A stretch of 64,000 bases of DNA from IMG/VR virus record IMGVR_UViG_3300042471_000650, positions 1 through 64,000 of that record; one strand, written 5' to 3'. Both the position numbers and the translations under genes were made by a program. This DNA is from a virus. Positions within the stretch are counted from its first letter, which is position 1. Every line of letters begins with the position of its first letter. Below the pieces are notes generated by a model. The model did no database searches. It had not been told where the DNA came from and saw only the letters and a program-made list of their open reading frames with translations. Shown in pieces: positions 46,586 through 55,307 of this stretch.

Positions 46586-47140
46586 TCAGCTATCTGGAAA
46601 TCTTGAATCATCGTCAGCGTCACCAGTAATGCTACTACCAGCAACTAATACTTCACTCTTAACTCTGAAGTTGCCATGATTGTCAACATAAGTTGTAACA
46701 CCAACCCATCCAGCGTGAGCAACTGCATAAGCAGCATTTTTACCACCGACAGTTCTTCCGGCAGCAACTGTTGCTTCAGTAGTACCTACACCAAATACTG
46801 CAGAGAATCTACCACTCTTTACATCAGGAGCAAAGTACTGCCCATCTTCAAGAGTGTACTTTGGTTTTTGATTTACTGTGTAAGCAACGCCAGCAATTGA
46901 ACCATTAAGAGGAATTAAGAACTGGGTTGAACCAATAGAAAGTTGCGTAGCAGAAGTTACTCCAGTAATTACTGCCTGACCATAAGTAGCTCCGGCGCCA
47001 ACAACCAAAATATCGCCAGCTGAAATTCCAGCAGTTACGAAAGTTGTACCACTTCCAGTTACTACTTCAGTAGCAAGATTGATTGTTATAGTTCCTGTAA
47101 GACCCGTGCTAAAAGAATCTTTATTGCCCCAAAGAGACAT
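46586..47140 (-). CDS. Virion structural protein
   Basis: MSLWG...HAGWVG...RVKSEVLVA; TATAAATA upstream. Confidence 0.7.
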   Translation of the reverse strand: MSLWGNKDSFSTGLTGTITINLATEVVTGSGTTFVTAGISAGDILVVGAGATYGQAVITGVTSATQLSIGSTQFLIPLNGSIAGVAYTVNQKPKYTLEDGQYFAPDVKSGRFSAVFGVGTTEATVAAGRTVGGKNAAYAVAHAGWVGVTTYVDNHGNFRVKSEVLVAGSSITGDADDDSRFPDS

Positions 47141-47231
47141 ATGCTTTACCTAATAAATTTCTTTTCTAGTAATATTTATAAAAAAAGGAGACCTTATAAA
47201 AAGATCTCCTTTATTTTTATTTTGTTAACTC

Positions 47232-47417
47232 TCAAGGAGTTAAATCTTTTGCACCTTTCTTTTTGAGGTGCTCTTGTGCTTGAATAAGAATAAATGAAAG
47301 AATTCCATTTGCTTTAACTTTTGGATTAGCACCAACTGCTTCTGAAATCAGAAACAAAATAGTTGCAATTAGACCTTCATTTGCTGCAACCCAAGCCCAG
47401 ATAGCTGCGACTGTCAT
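47232..47417 (-). CDS. Small membrane protein (holin-like)
   Basis: GGAGG RBS, hydrophobic N-half and basic tail. Confidence 0.55.
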   Translation of the reverse strand: MTVAAIWAWVAANEGLIATILFLISEAVGANPKVKANGILSFILIQAQEHLKKKGAKDLTP

Positions 47418-47457
47418 AATGTCCTCCGTGTGAAGAGTATCCTGATATATTTAGGAA

Positions 47458-48981
47458 TCAGTCAGATTCACCAGCTCTTGGTTTGTACATATCTTGTGCC
47501 CTTCTTTCTGCAGCAGATTGTTGTACTTTTTTCTTTGCAAGTCTATCTGCTGTAGTTTGACCTTTTGGTGTGGGAGCACCAGGAGTCTTTTTGACTCCCC
47601 TTTCACCTTCATGTTGAGCAACCGTTTTTCCACTTCTAGTCATAAGACCTTGACGAGTGCTTGGCATTTTTCTTAGCATTTCTATAGCACGATCACGTGG
47701 TTTTCTTTGAGTTCCTTTTTCTTCACGTCTTCTTTCATCAAGAATTTCAGTTTCTTCTGTTGAAACCATCACAATAGGATTTTTAGCACCCATCGCTCTT
47801 GCATAATTTTTGGCAAGATTAACTGCGGTTGGAAGGGATCTAGGATCCTTTTCTTCCATTTCCTTTTTTGCTTTATTGTCTGCTTGAGTAACAGTTTCTT
47901 CCTTCATAGAAGTTTTCTTTTCAGGAAGTCCTTTATGAGAAGTTTTAGCAAACTTTTTAGCTTCCTTTTTACTCATTCCAGAAGCTGCCTTTGCAACCTC
48001 TGGAGATGCTGGCATTTCACCTTTCTTTGCAGCGTAAACCATTCCCATAAACTTTTGTTGTGCTTTGCTTACTGCTTTTTCAACAACAAAAGATCCTTTA
48101 ATATCATAATGTGCTAGTTGCATACCATAATTAGATTTTCCACTGTTTGATCCTGGCGCTTCAGGATTGACCTTTACTGTATTTTTTCCTTTCATCACAT
48201 CAATCTTTTTTGCATTTGCATCAGGATTGGATGATTCATCATTAACTTCGCCAATGTATTCTTCCTTTACACTCGAAGTATCTTGACCGTCTGGGGTTCC
48301 ACCTTTTTTACGCTGAATAGCGTTGTGAACTGCACCACGATATTCTTTAGCACCACTTTCTACTTTACCATCTCCATCATAATCTTTTCCTGCTTTTGCT
48401 CTTGCAGTTTGCTCACCCTTCTTCTTTTCACCTTCATAAGGTTCGCCATAACCAGTCATTTCAACTGATTCAATATTTGAATTTGCACGAAGTTCACTAA
48501 TCTTTTGACGATCTGCATATCTAACATATGAACGACCGTCCTTTCCAGTAACTCTAACTTTATATTTTTTATGCTCCGAAGTTTCTAACTTCTCCATATA
48601 AGTTAAACGAATTGGTTCTTGCTCCTCTTGAACCCCTTCAACAAATACTTTAAAGAGTGCGTTTGCTACGCTAGAAGAAGCTAAATCCTCAATGTTAAAA
48701 TCTTCTGCTTGCATACCACCTTTACCAAAAAGTTTTTGCTTTACTATCGTTTTTTCTTGCTGACTCATACTACTGTTTTGCATATATTGAGTGTATGCTT
48801 GGCGAAGAGGAAGTTCTTCTCTCCTAGCTCTATAACGAATATCGTAAATTGCTTGCTTTGCTCTTTTTTCTGGAGATTTTCCACCATCTTTTTTCCCTTC
48901 TTCACCACCCTTTTCAGATGAAGGTGCCTCAACTGGCGAGTGTTTTCTTGCTGGAAGCTCTTCAGCAATATGTTTTTTCAT
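47458..48981 (-). CDS. Modular charged protein containing a DUF3008-like segment
   Basis: AVSKAQQKFMG...KKFAKTSHKGLPEK and DYDGDGKVE motifs. Confidence 0.75.
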   Translation of the reverse strand: MKKHIAEELPARKHSPVEAPSSEKGGEEGKKDGGKSPEKRAKQAIYDIRYRARREELPLRQAYTQYMQNSSMSQQEKTIVKQKLFGKGGMQAEDFNIEDLASSSVANALFKVFVEGVQEEQEPIRLTYMEKLETSEHKKYKVRVTGKDGRSYVRYADRQKISELRANSNIESVEMTGYGEPYEGEKKKGEQTARAKAGKDYDGDGKVESGAKEYRGAVHNAIQRKKGGTPDGQDTSSVKEEYIGEVNDESSNPDANAKKIDVMKGKNTVKVNPEAPGSNSGKSNYGMQLAHYDIKGSFVVEKAVSKAQQKFMGMVYAAKKGEMPASPEVAKAASGMSKKEAKKFAKTSHKGLPEKKTSMKEETVTQADNKAKKEMEEKDPRSLPTAVNLAKNYARAMGAKNPIVMVSTEETEILDERRREEKGTQRKPRDRAIEMLRKMPSTRQGLMTRSGKTVAQHEGERGVKKTPGAPTPKGQTTADRLAKKKVQQSAAERRAQDMYKPRAGESD

Positions 48982-48990
48982 GAGGAAACT

Positions 48991-50307
48991 TTACTTCTTA
49001 TTTTTTCTATACTTATTTATGAAATTAAGACCGTATGCTCTTCCACCTTGTTGAAGATTTTCCTTTCCCGTGCCAATTGCACCTGGTGTTTGCTTTGCAG
49101 CATACTTAAAATATCCCAAGGTTCCAACTAAAGTATTTGGTTTTCCTGGTTGGCGATATTCTTTATCCATTTTAACTTCCGTATATTCACGTAAGTCTTT
49201 AATCCAAGATTTGAACATTTGACCAGATTCGGTGACACAAATCAAATAATTAGTGCCTCTGCGAATAATACGTCCCATTAATCCAGTATTCAAATTTTCA
49301 ACTACTTCGCCAATTTTGAAAATAGATTCTGTAATATAATTTTCACGAAGAGATTGAAAATCAAGTTTAGGTGCAATTTCCCAAATATCCCAACCTTCCT
49401 TCACATTCATCGCACCACGAAGAATATTAAATAATTCCTTTGCTTCTGCTGGTTTGACTTCTGGGGGAAGACCTGAACGGAAAGTTTTAAAATCTCCTTC
49501 TGCTGCAGCAAGTCTCATTCTTGATGCAGACATTCCTTCAACACCCTTTGCATCAGGATCTCTGTCTCCAGCAGAAACTACTTCAATATTATCAAAGTTA
49601 TAAAGTTGCCCATTATACTGGTTAGAAAGTTTTTCAAATTCCTTAACTCTATCAGCACCACCAATAATTCTTACCCCAGCATATCCATTATTATGCGCCA
49701 TTTTTAAGACATCAAAAATTGTCTTTGTATTGGCATCATTTACAATATTTCCAGCGTGCTGTGGATAAAACTTTTGCATATAAGCAATCTTTGTATCAGG
49801 ATCAAGAGGATTCTTTTTCTTATCCTGACTTCTTGATGGGAAAATTAAATATTCACCACCATCTTCCTGCGCCGCAGATTGTGCTGCAACATCCATTAAT
49901 TGTTGATGTCCAATTGTGGGAGGATTAAAACGTCCAAATGCAATTGTCAAAGTGCCTTTAGTTTTTGGAACTGGAAGATATCGTGCCGGTGGTTGCTCCT
50001 GTGCTGCTGCTTGTTGCTCTGGTGCAGGTGGTTGCTCTGCAGGCGCCTGTTGTTGAGCGGATTGTTGAGCAGTTGCTGGATCTTGATATCCAGGAGAAGC
50101 AATTGTTTTTTCCTTTTCTGTTTGTTTTGGATCTTTTGCCCCAACTCTTTGACGCTTATTATAAAACTTGAGTTTTCCACCCTCTGTTTTTGCGACAAAC
50201 TCACCTTGACGGTCATACCATCCTCCGTGCCCGTCTCCAACAAGACCAAGACGTTGTGCTTGTTGTGAGGCAGATGCTTCTGATATAAATTGGAAAAAAC
50301 TTTTCAT
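48991..50307 (-). CDS. Cytidylyltransferase-like (HIGH) nucleotidyltransferase
   Basis: FGRFNPPTIGH, KKNPL, GADR and MSASRMR motifs. Confidence 0.85.
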   Translation of the reverse strand: MKSFFQFISEASASQQAQRLGLVGDGHGGWYDRQGEFVAKTEGGKLKFYNKRQRVGAKDPKQTEKEKTIASPGYQDPATAQQSAQQQAPAEQPPAPEQQAAAQEQPPARYLPVPKTKGTLTIAFGRFNPPTIGHQQLMDVAAQSAAQEDGGEYLIFPSRSQDKKKNPLDPDTKIAYMQKFYPQHAGNIVNDANTKTIFDVLKMAHNNGYAGVRIIGGADRVKEFEKLSNQYNGQLYNFDNIEVVSAGDRDPDAKGVEGMSASRMRLAAAEGDFKTFRSGLPPEVKPAEAKELFNILRGAMNVKEGWDIWEIAPKLDFQSLRENYITESIFKIGEVVENLNTGLMGRIIRRGTNYLICVTESGQMFKSWIKDLREYTEVKMDKEYRQPGKPNTLVGTLGYFKYAAKQTPGAIGTGKENLQQGGRAYGLNFINKYRKNKK

Positions 50308-50357
50308 TATTTACTTTGAATTATGTATCAGATATCTTTATAATATGTATTTATCAA

Positions 50358-51692
50358 TCATTCTAATTTATAATATGGAGCAGAATAAGTTGCTTGAGAG
50401 CTAGCATAAAGATAAAAATCTTGCACCACATTATCTCTGGTTTCACCAGATATTGAATTTATTATTTGAAATAACTTCATAACAAGATATTTCGAATACC
50501 TATACTTATTTGATTTTTTTTGTATGGCATCTGCAATATCTTCAATTTGTTGTGGTTTAATTATACCATTTTGTGCCATTAATTGAGATATATTCATACA
50601 ATGCTCTATTGTATTTTTTGTAGCAAGAGAAGCTGATTCCGTAGAAGATGGAATTTCCGATAATCCATATCTTCTTAAAATAAAATTTATTGGACCTAAA
50701 GAAATTTTTCCTTGATTAGCAGATGCACCTTTAATTTCTCCCTGCCAACCTGTCAAAGATGTTTCGCCACCAAAACTTCTAAATTGAATTTTTTCATTAT
50801 TAAGAGATCCCCATTGGATATATCCATCCATAGAATCTACATTACTAGTTGTTCCATAAAATTTTGCCTTATTTACTTTCGTATCTGCTGGAAAATTTTT
50901 CTTTGATATTTTTCCACTACCATACATTTTTTTAAGAGATACACCAATGACTTTATTATTTTGGATAAAGTCATACATTTTAGCATTTAATGATCTTAAA
51001 GATCTCTCTTGACTTAATTCCCCCAAATTAGCATTATTACTGATCAGGTAAATATCTGCTGGACTCCATTTATTTAAATTTCCAAATGCCTTTTCATCTT
51101 TATTAATTCTACTAAAAACTGACTCAATTAGTGAAACTTCACTAGAACCTCGGTGAAACGTAAAAGTTCCTTTACCCCTAAAGGTTCGGTATAAAGCATT
51201 TGCACCCAAAATAGATGAATTTATCCAATCATCAGGAAGATCATTAATTATACTTTGGAGAGAAGAATCAATTAATGCTGTAGATGATGCCTTTACAAAA
51301 TTATCTTTTGTAACATCTATAATACTCATTTCCCTTTTCAAAACATTAAATACAACTGCCGCATATAATGCTTGTGCAGATTCGGATAATTTTGTAAGAG
51401 CAGCACCTGCCCCAGATCCCCCACCTCCAGATTTTTTATAAATTAACTTAATTATCGATGCAGATTTCGGTAAAACAATTTTAGTTACTGGAAATGATGA
51501 TTCACTTTTATCAATTTCATTTTTAAAATTAATTCTTCTTGCCTTCAATTGTTTAGATATATTATCCTGATCTTCTGCTCTTTGTGATGATATTATTCTA
51601 ATCTTATCTACCTTTGGTCCAGTTTTAACAACTTTAGTTTCATATCCGGACAACACAGAATTTAAAGCCAATAATATCTCCGAATCCGTCAT
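50358..51692 (-). CDS. Hypothetical protein, possible PD-(D/E)xK nuclease
   Basis: ESAQ, NKWSPADIYL and IGVSLKK motifs. Confidence 0.6.
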   Translation of the reverse strand: MTDSEILLALNSVLSGYETKVVKTGPKVDKIRIISSQRAEDQDNISKQLKARRINFKNEIDKSESSFPVTKIVLPKSASIIKLIYKKSGGGGSGAGAALTKLSESAQALYAAVVFNVLKREMSIIDVTKDNFVKASSTALIDSSLQSIINDLPDDWINSSILGANALYRTFRGKGTFTFHRGSSEVSLIESVFSRINKDEKAFGNLNKWSPADIYLISNNANLGELSQERSLRSLNAKMYDFIQNNKVIGVSLKKMYGSGKISKKNFPADTKVNKAKFYGTTSNVDSMDGYIQWGSLNNEKIQFRSFGGETSLTGWQGEIKGASANQGKISLGPINFILRRYGLSEIPSSTESASLATKNTIEHCMNISQLMAQNGIIKPQQIEDIADAIQKKSNKYRYSKYLVMKLFQIINSISGETRDNVVQDFYLYASSQATYSAPYYKLE

Positions 51693-51723
51693 AGATCTTT
51701 TTTATTTTATTTTTATTTAGAAG

Positions 51724-51796
51724 TGCCCGTGAGAAGATTCGAACTTCCACTGTATGGATTCTAAGTCCACCCTCTCTACCATTGGAGTACACGGGC
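51724..51796 (-). tRNA. tRNA-Leu(UAG) with a short variable region
   Basis: GCCCGTG/CACGGGC acceptor stem; GTGGA-CT-TAG-AA-TCCAT. Confidence 0.85.
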
Positions 51797-51805
51797 AAAA
51801 ATAGA

Positions 51806-52204
51806 TTAACGTATGGGCATAAGATCAAATAGTTCTGGATGAAGTCTCCCATACTTCCTCATAATTTCACCTGCCTTAGCATTTGCTTCGTTTTCGGCAG
51901 GACTTCCTGGATGTGATGTAATTTTTTTACCATCCACGATTTGCTTATAGTGTATAAACTCATGAGATACCGTTCTCAAAATGTCAATGGGATGACGATT
52001 GACAATACTAATATAAAGCACGTTTTTTTTCATCATCCCAAATGCCATATGATCTTTAGCAAAATCAGAATCATCTATTAAAACATATGGAATGTCATAT
52101 GTCAAATGAAGTTCTCTTTTAAGAAAGACTAAAAATCTTTTAAGAAGAGCGTCAAACTGCATTCTTGTAGTCGGTCTTCCTTTTCTTTTGCCGATCAAAG
52201 ACAT
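51806..52204 (-). CDS. HExxH metallopeptidase-like protein
   Basis: TVSHEFIHYKQ...ENEANAKAG. Confidence 0.7.
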   Translation of the reverse strand: MSLIGKRKGRPTTRMQFDALLKRFLVFLKRELHLTYDIPYVLIDDSDFAKDHMAFGMMKKNVLYISIVNRHPIDILRTVSHEFIHYKQIVDGKKITSHPGSPAENEANAKAGEIMRKYGRLHPELFDLMPIR

Positions 52205-52219
52205 TTTTTTAAATATTTA

Positions 52220-52405
52220 TTAGACACCAAGAACAGCACCAATGTTATCGTCAATATCTTTAATCACTCCACGAATATCAGTAATACGAGGAGGAACACT
52301 CAATTCATCATAAGTGTATCCCTTCTGAGCATCGAATAGGACCTGACGAATTGCAGCGGCGCACCTGGCATCCATTTTAAGTGTTACTTGTTTTTCTTTA
52401 GTCAT
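52220..52405 (-). CDS. Hypothetical protein
   Basis: Coupled to mazG. Confidence 0.6.
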   Translation of the reverse strand: MTKEKQVTLKMDARCAAAIRQVLFDAQKGYTYDELSVPPRITDIRGVIKDIDDNIGAVLGV

Positions 52406-52815
52406 CGATCGTCAGCAGCACGGTTTTCTGAAAAGTATGAGTCAAAAGCACCTTCAGGATAACGCTTCAAAAGTTTTTGAACATTACGAGCAACAACTTC
52501 GTCAAGAGTGACATCAAGTGCAATACACGCTTGAGCAACATACCACATAATATCCCCCAGTTCAATAATCAGATGCTCACGGTTGTCTTCACTATAAGGT
52601 TTGCCCTGAAAGATCATCTTCTTGACAATTTCCATAAACTCACCACCTTCCGCATTGATACCAACAGCACCAGTTAGAAGTCGCTCAATATTTGCACCCT
52701 TTTCGTCCAGAGCAACAAGACGGTCAGAAAGTGCAAGAAAATCTTTAGATGCATCAGATGTGACTACATCCACAAATTCAGCATACTTGTCAAAATTAAC
52801 GTGTTTGGTTTCCAT
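52402..52815 (-). CDS. mazG: MazG-like nucleotide pyrophosphohydrolase
   Basis: EGGEFMEIVKK, ELGDIMWY and KRYP motifs. Confidence 0.92.
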   Translation of the reverse strand: METKHVNFDKYAEFVDVVTSDASKDFLALSDRLVALDEKGANIERLLTGAVGINAEGGEFMEIVKKMIFQGKPYSEDNREHLIIELGDIMWYVAQACIALDVTLDEVVARNVQKLLKRYPEGAFDSYFSENRAADDR

Positions 52816-54194
52816 TAAAATTTAAATCCCTCAAATGATTTTTTAGGTTTTTTGTCTTCGTAATCATTATACTCGTCTTCGTTTCCAGAGTCAAGTATAT
52901 CTTTTTGTGCTGTTTGTTCGCAATCATAAAGACGCATTTTAGCACGGTCAATTCCTACAATAAAACGTTTGTAAATTGTAGGGTCATTGTATCGGTTCTT
53001 CAACTGCTTCACCATAATCTGTCCCAACTGCTCAAGCTCTTCTGTACTAATAAGGGCAAACATAAGATCAGCAGTAGCAGGCAGACCAAAGGACTCACTA
53101 GTATCAGTAAGTTCAACATCAGAAGAACCAAAACCTGAACGAGTGGTCTGAGTAGCGGAGACAATTGGGACATTAAACTCGACGGCGAGTCCACGCAATT
53201 CCTCAGCAATTGCTTTGATATACGAATATGAATTGACAGAAAGGTTTGATTTATACCTACTGGAAGCACATATATTAAGGTAATCAATGAAAATAATATC
53301 AGGTCTAAATGACTTCTTAAGTGCAAGTTCGTTAAGAAGTGCTTTAAAATGTCCACTATGTGCAGATGCAGTTGGATATTCCTTAATTATAAGGGTTCCT
53401 TGAGTTTTCTTGGAAAGACTTGTGACCTTATTTTCAAACATCTGGCGAGGAAGGTCTACCAGTTGCTGAATTGGCACATTCAATAAGTTTGCGTCAATTC
53501 TTTCAGCAATGCGTTCTTCTGCCATTTCCATCGTAATGTACAAAACGTTCCGTCCTTGGAGCAAGACGGAGCTAGCCACATGGCACATGAATAGAGATTT
53601 CCCGACACCCGTACCAGCAAGAGCGATATTAAGAGTTTTGTTAGGGATCCCACCTTTGGTAATTTTGTTAAAGTATTCAAGATCAAATTCGATTTTGTCT
53701 TCTTTTCGGTGATAAAACTCATATCGTTCCTCATAATTTTGTAAGTAGTCGTGTCCAATATTATTGTCAAAAGATACTGCTAATGCATCAGAAAGAATAC
53801 TGGGAATAGCATCCCGATTCTTTTTTTCATTATTACCATCAGCAATATGAATTGACTCCATAAGTGCTAGATAAATTGCACGGTCACGACACCACTTTTC
53901 AGTAGTATCGAGTAACCATTGTTTTTCTACAAGAGCATCATTTAGAGATTTATTAATTTCTCTGACTTCTTTTATTTGCTCCTCTGTTAAATCTGTGCGA
54001 TTTTCTATTTCAATGCTGAGTGCTTCAATGGTGATTGCCGAACCATACTTAACAATAAATTGGACAATCTCTTCAAAAATGACCTTTTCGGTCTTTTTCT
54101 CAAAATAATCTGGTTGTATGAAAGGAATAACTTTGCGTGAGTAGTCTTCATTAAATATTAGGTTTCTGAGAATTGTGGTCTCAATTCGTTCCAT
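52815..54194 (-). CDS. Replicative helicase (gp41)
   Basis: AGTGVGKS, IDYLNIC and LKNRY motifs. Confidence 0.96.
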   Translation of the reverse strand: MERIETTILRNLIFNEDYSRKVIPFIQPDYFEKKTEKVIFEEIVQFIVKYGSAITIEALSIEIENRTDLTEEQIKEVREINKSLNDALVEKQWLLDTTEKWCRDRAIYLALMESIHIADGNNEKKNRDAIPSILSDALAVSFDNNIGHDYLQNYEERYEFYHRKEDKIEFDLEYFNKITKGGIPNKTLNIALAGTGVGKSLFMCHVASSVLLQGRNVLYITMEMAEERIAERIDANLLNVPIQQLVDLPRQMFENKVTSLSKKTQGTLIIKEYPTASAHSGHFKALLNELALKKSFRPDIIFIDYLNICASSRYKSNLSVNSYSYIKAIAEELRGLAVEFNVPIVSATQTTRSGFGSSDVELTDTSESFGLPATADLMFALISTEELEQLGQIMVKQLKNRYNDPTIYKRFIVGIDRAKMRLYDCEQTAQKDILDSGNEDEYNDYEDKKPKKSFEGFKF

Positions 54195-55194
54195 AAGAGA
54201 ATTGCTGTTTCGCGGCAGCATCAAGTTGCTGCATTACTTCTTCTGTAAAATATTGATCTGGGTTTTTCAGGATTTCCTTCCCATAAATTTTCTTACCATT
54301 AATCTCATAACGTCCCGCAACATTCTTCCAGAGTCCAGCGAGTTCCCCGAGTTCCAGAAGACCATAATAACGGTCAAGACCACGCTCATCGTAAAATAGA
54401 CGGACTTCAACTTCTTGATTCTCCTTACTCAAACGCGACTTAGCAGTCTTTGCTTTGATAATGTTTCCAACAACTTCTGTTCCATCCTTTTCTTTCTTTT
54501 TACCAAGATATATGATAGTAGAAGCGGCATACTTAAGACCACTACCACCACCCATCTCTTTAGTAGGAACATAAGAACCAATAACATCGTAGGTATGATT
54601 GGTTACAATCATTGGGATGTTTGCCTGACCCAGTTTAAGAGTGAGCATACGGAAAGCACCTTTCACAAGTTGCGATTTAGTCATATCACGAACTTGCTTA
54701 TCATTCAGTGCGTCAGTAATCTCTTTCTCGGTTGAGAGCATACCCAAAGAGTCTAACACAAACATACAAGGTTTGCGGTCTTCTACAGGTTTTTTTAAGT
54801 ATATATCAACTGCCTTGAGTGCCTTACCACGAAACTCTTCTACAGTAACAACATTTACAACCACAAGACGATTAGTATCAATTCCACGCGATTCTAATAG
54901 AGATTTAGTAATGGCAGCTTCAGTATCAAAGTAGAGACAATAACCATCGGAGTTATTATCAAGAAAATTCTTAACCACAGCGAGAGAGAAGAAAGTTTTT
55001 CCAGTAGAAGACTCTCCAGCAATAGCAGTAATCTTATTCCCAGATACACCGCCAAATATGCTACCTGAAACCAGTGCATTAAAGATGTACGAACCCGTGT
55101 CAACATAAGTCTCAGTCTCATCAATATCAGAAGCGAGTTTGGTATACTCACCTCCAACTTCTTTTACAATTTCTTTAAGAAAGTCCATGGTCAT
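54181..55194 (-). CDS. uvsX: RecA-like recombinase
   Basis: GESSTGKT, DSLG and MGGGSG motifs. Confidence 0.95.
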   Translation of the reverse strand: MTMDFLKEIVKEVGGEYTKLASDIDETETYVDTGSYIFNALVSGSIFGGVSGNKITAIAGESSTGKTFFSLAVVKNFLDNNSDGYCLYFDTEAAITKSLLESRGIDTNRLVVVNVVTVEEFRGKALKAVDIYLKKPVEDRKPCMFVLDSLGMLSTEKEITDALNDKQVRDMTKSQLVKGAFRMLTLKLGQANIPMIVTNHTYDVIGSYVPTKEMGGGSGLKYAASTIIYLGKKKEKDGTEVVGNIIKAKTAKSRLSKENQEVEVRLFYDERGLDRYYGLLELGELAGLWKNVAGRYEINGKKIYGKEILKNPDQYFTEEVMQQLDAAAKQQFSYGTN

Positions 55195-55307
55195 TTGTTC
55201 CTGTTAAAATTAAAAGTCCACAATTTATTGTACAACTGCTTTTCATCAGTTCTTTTAAGCAATTCTAAAATTTTTTTAAATTCACGTTCAGTAATCGGTA
55301 AATTCAT
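55191..55307 (-). CDS. Small hypothetical protein (38 aa)
   Basis: MNLPITEREFKKILELLK...; coupled to neighbours at both ends. Confidence 0.5.
   Translation of the reverse strand: MNLPITEREFKKILELLKRTDEKQLYNKLWTFNFNRNK

Noticed and set aside
51724-51796. TAG anticodon as an amber suppressor, or genome recoding
   Set aside because: Anticodon UAG reads CUA (Leu); a suppressor would need CUA. Core genes are full length under the standard code.
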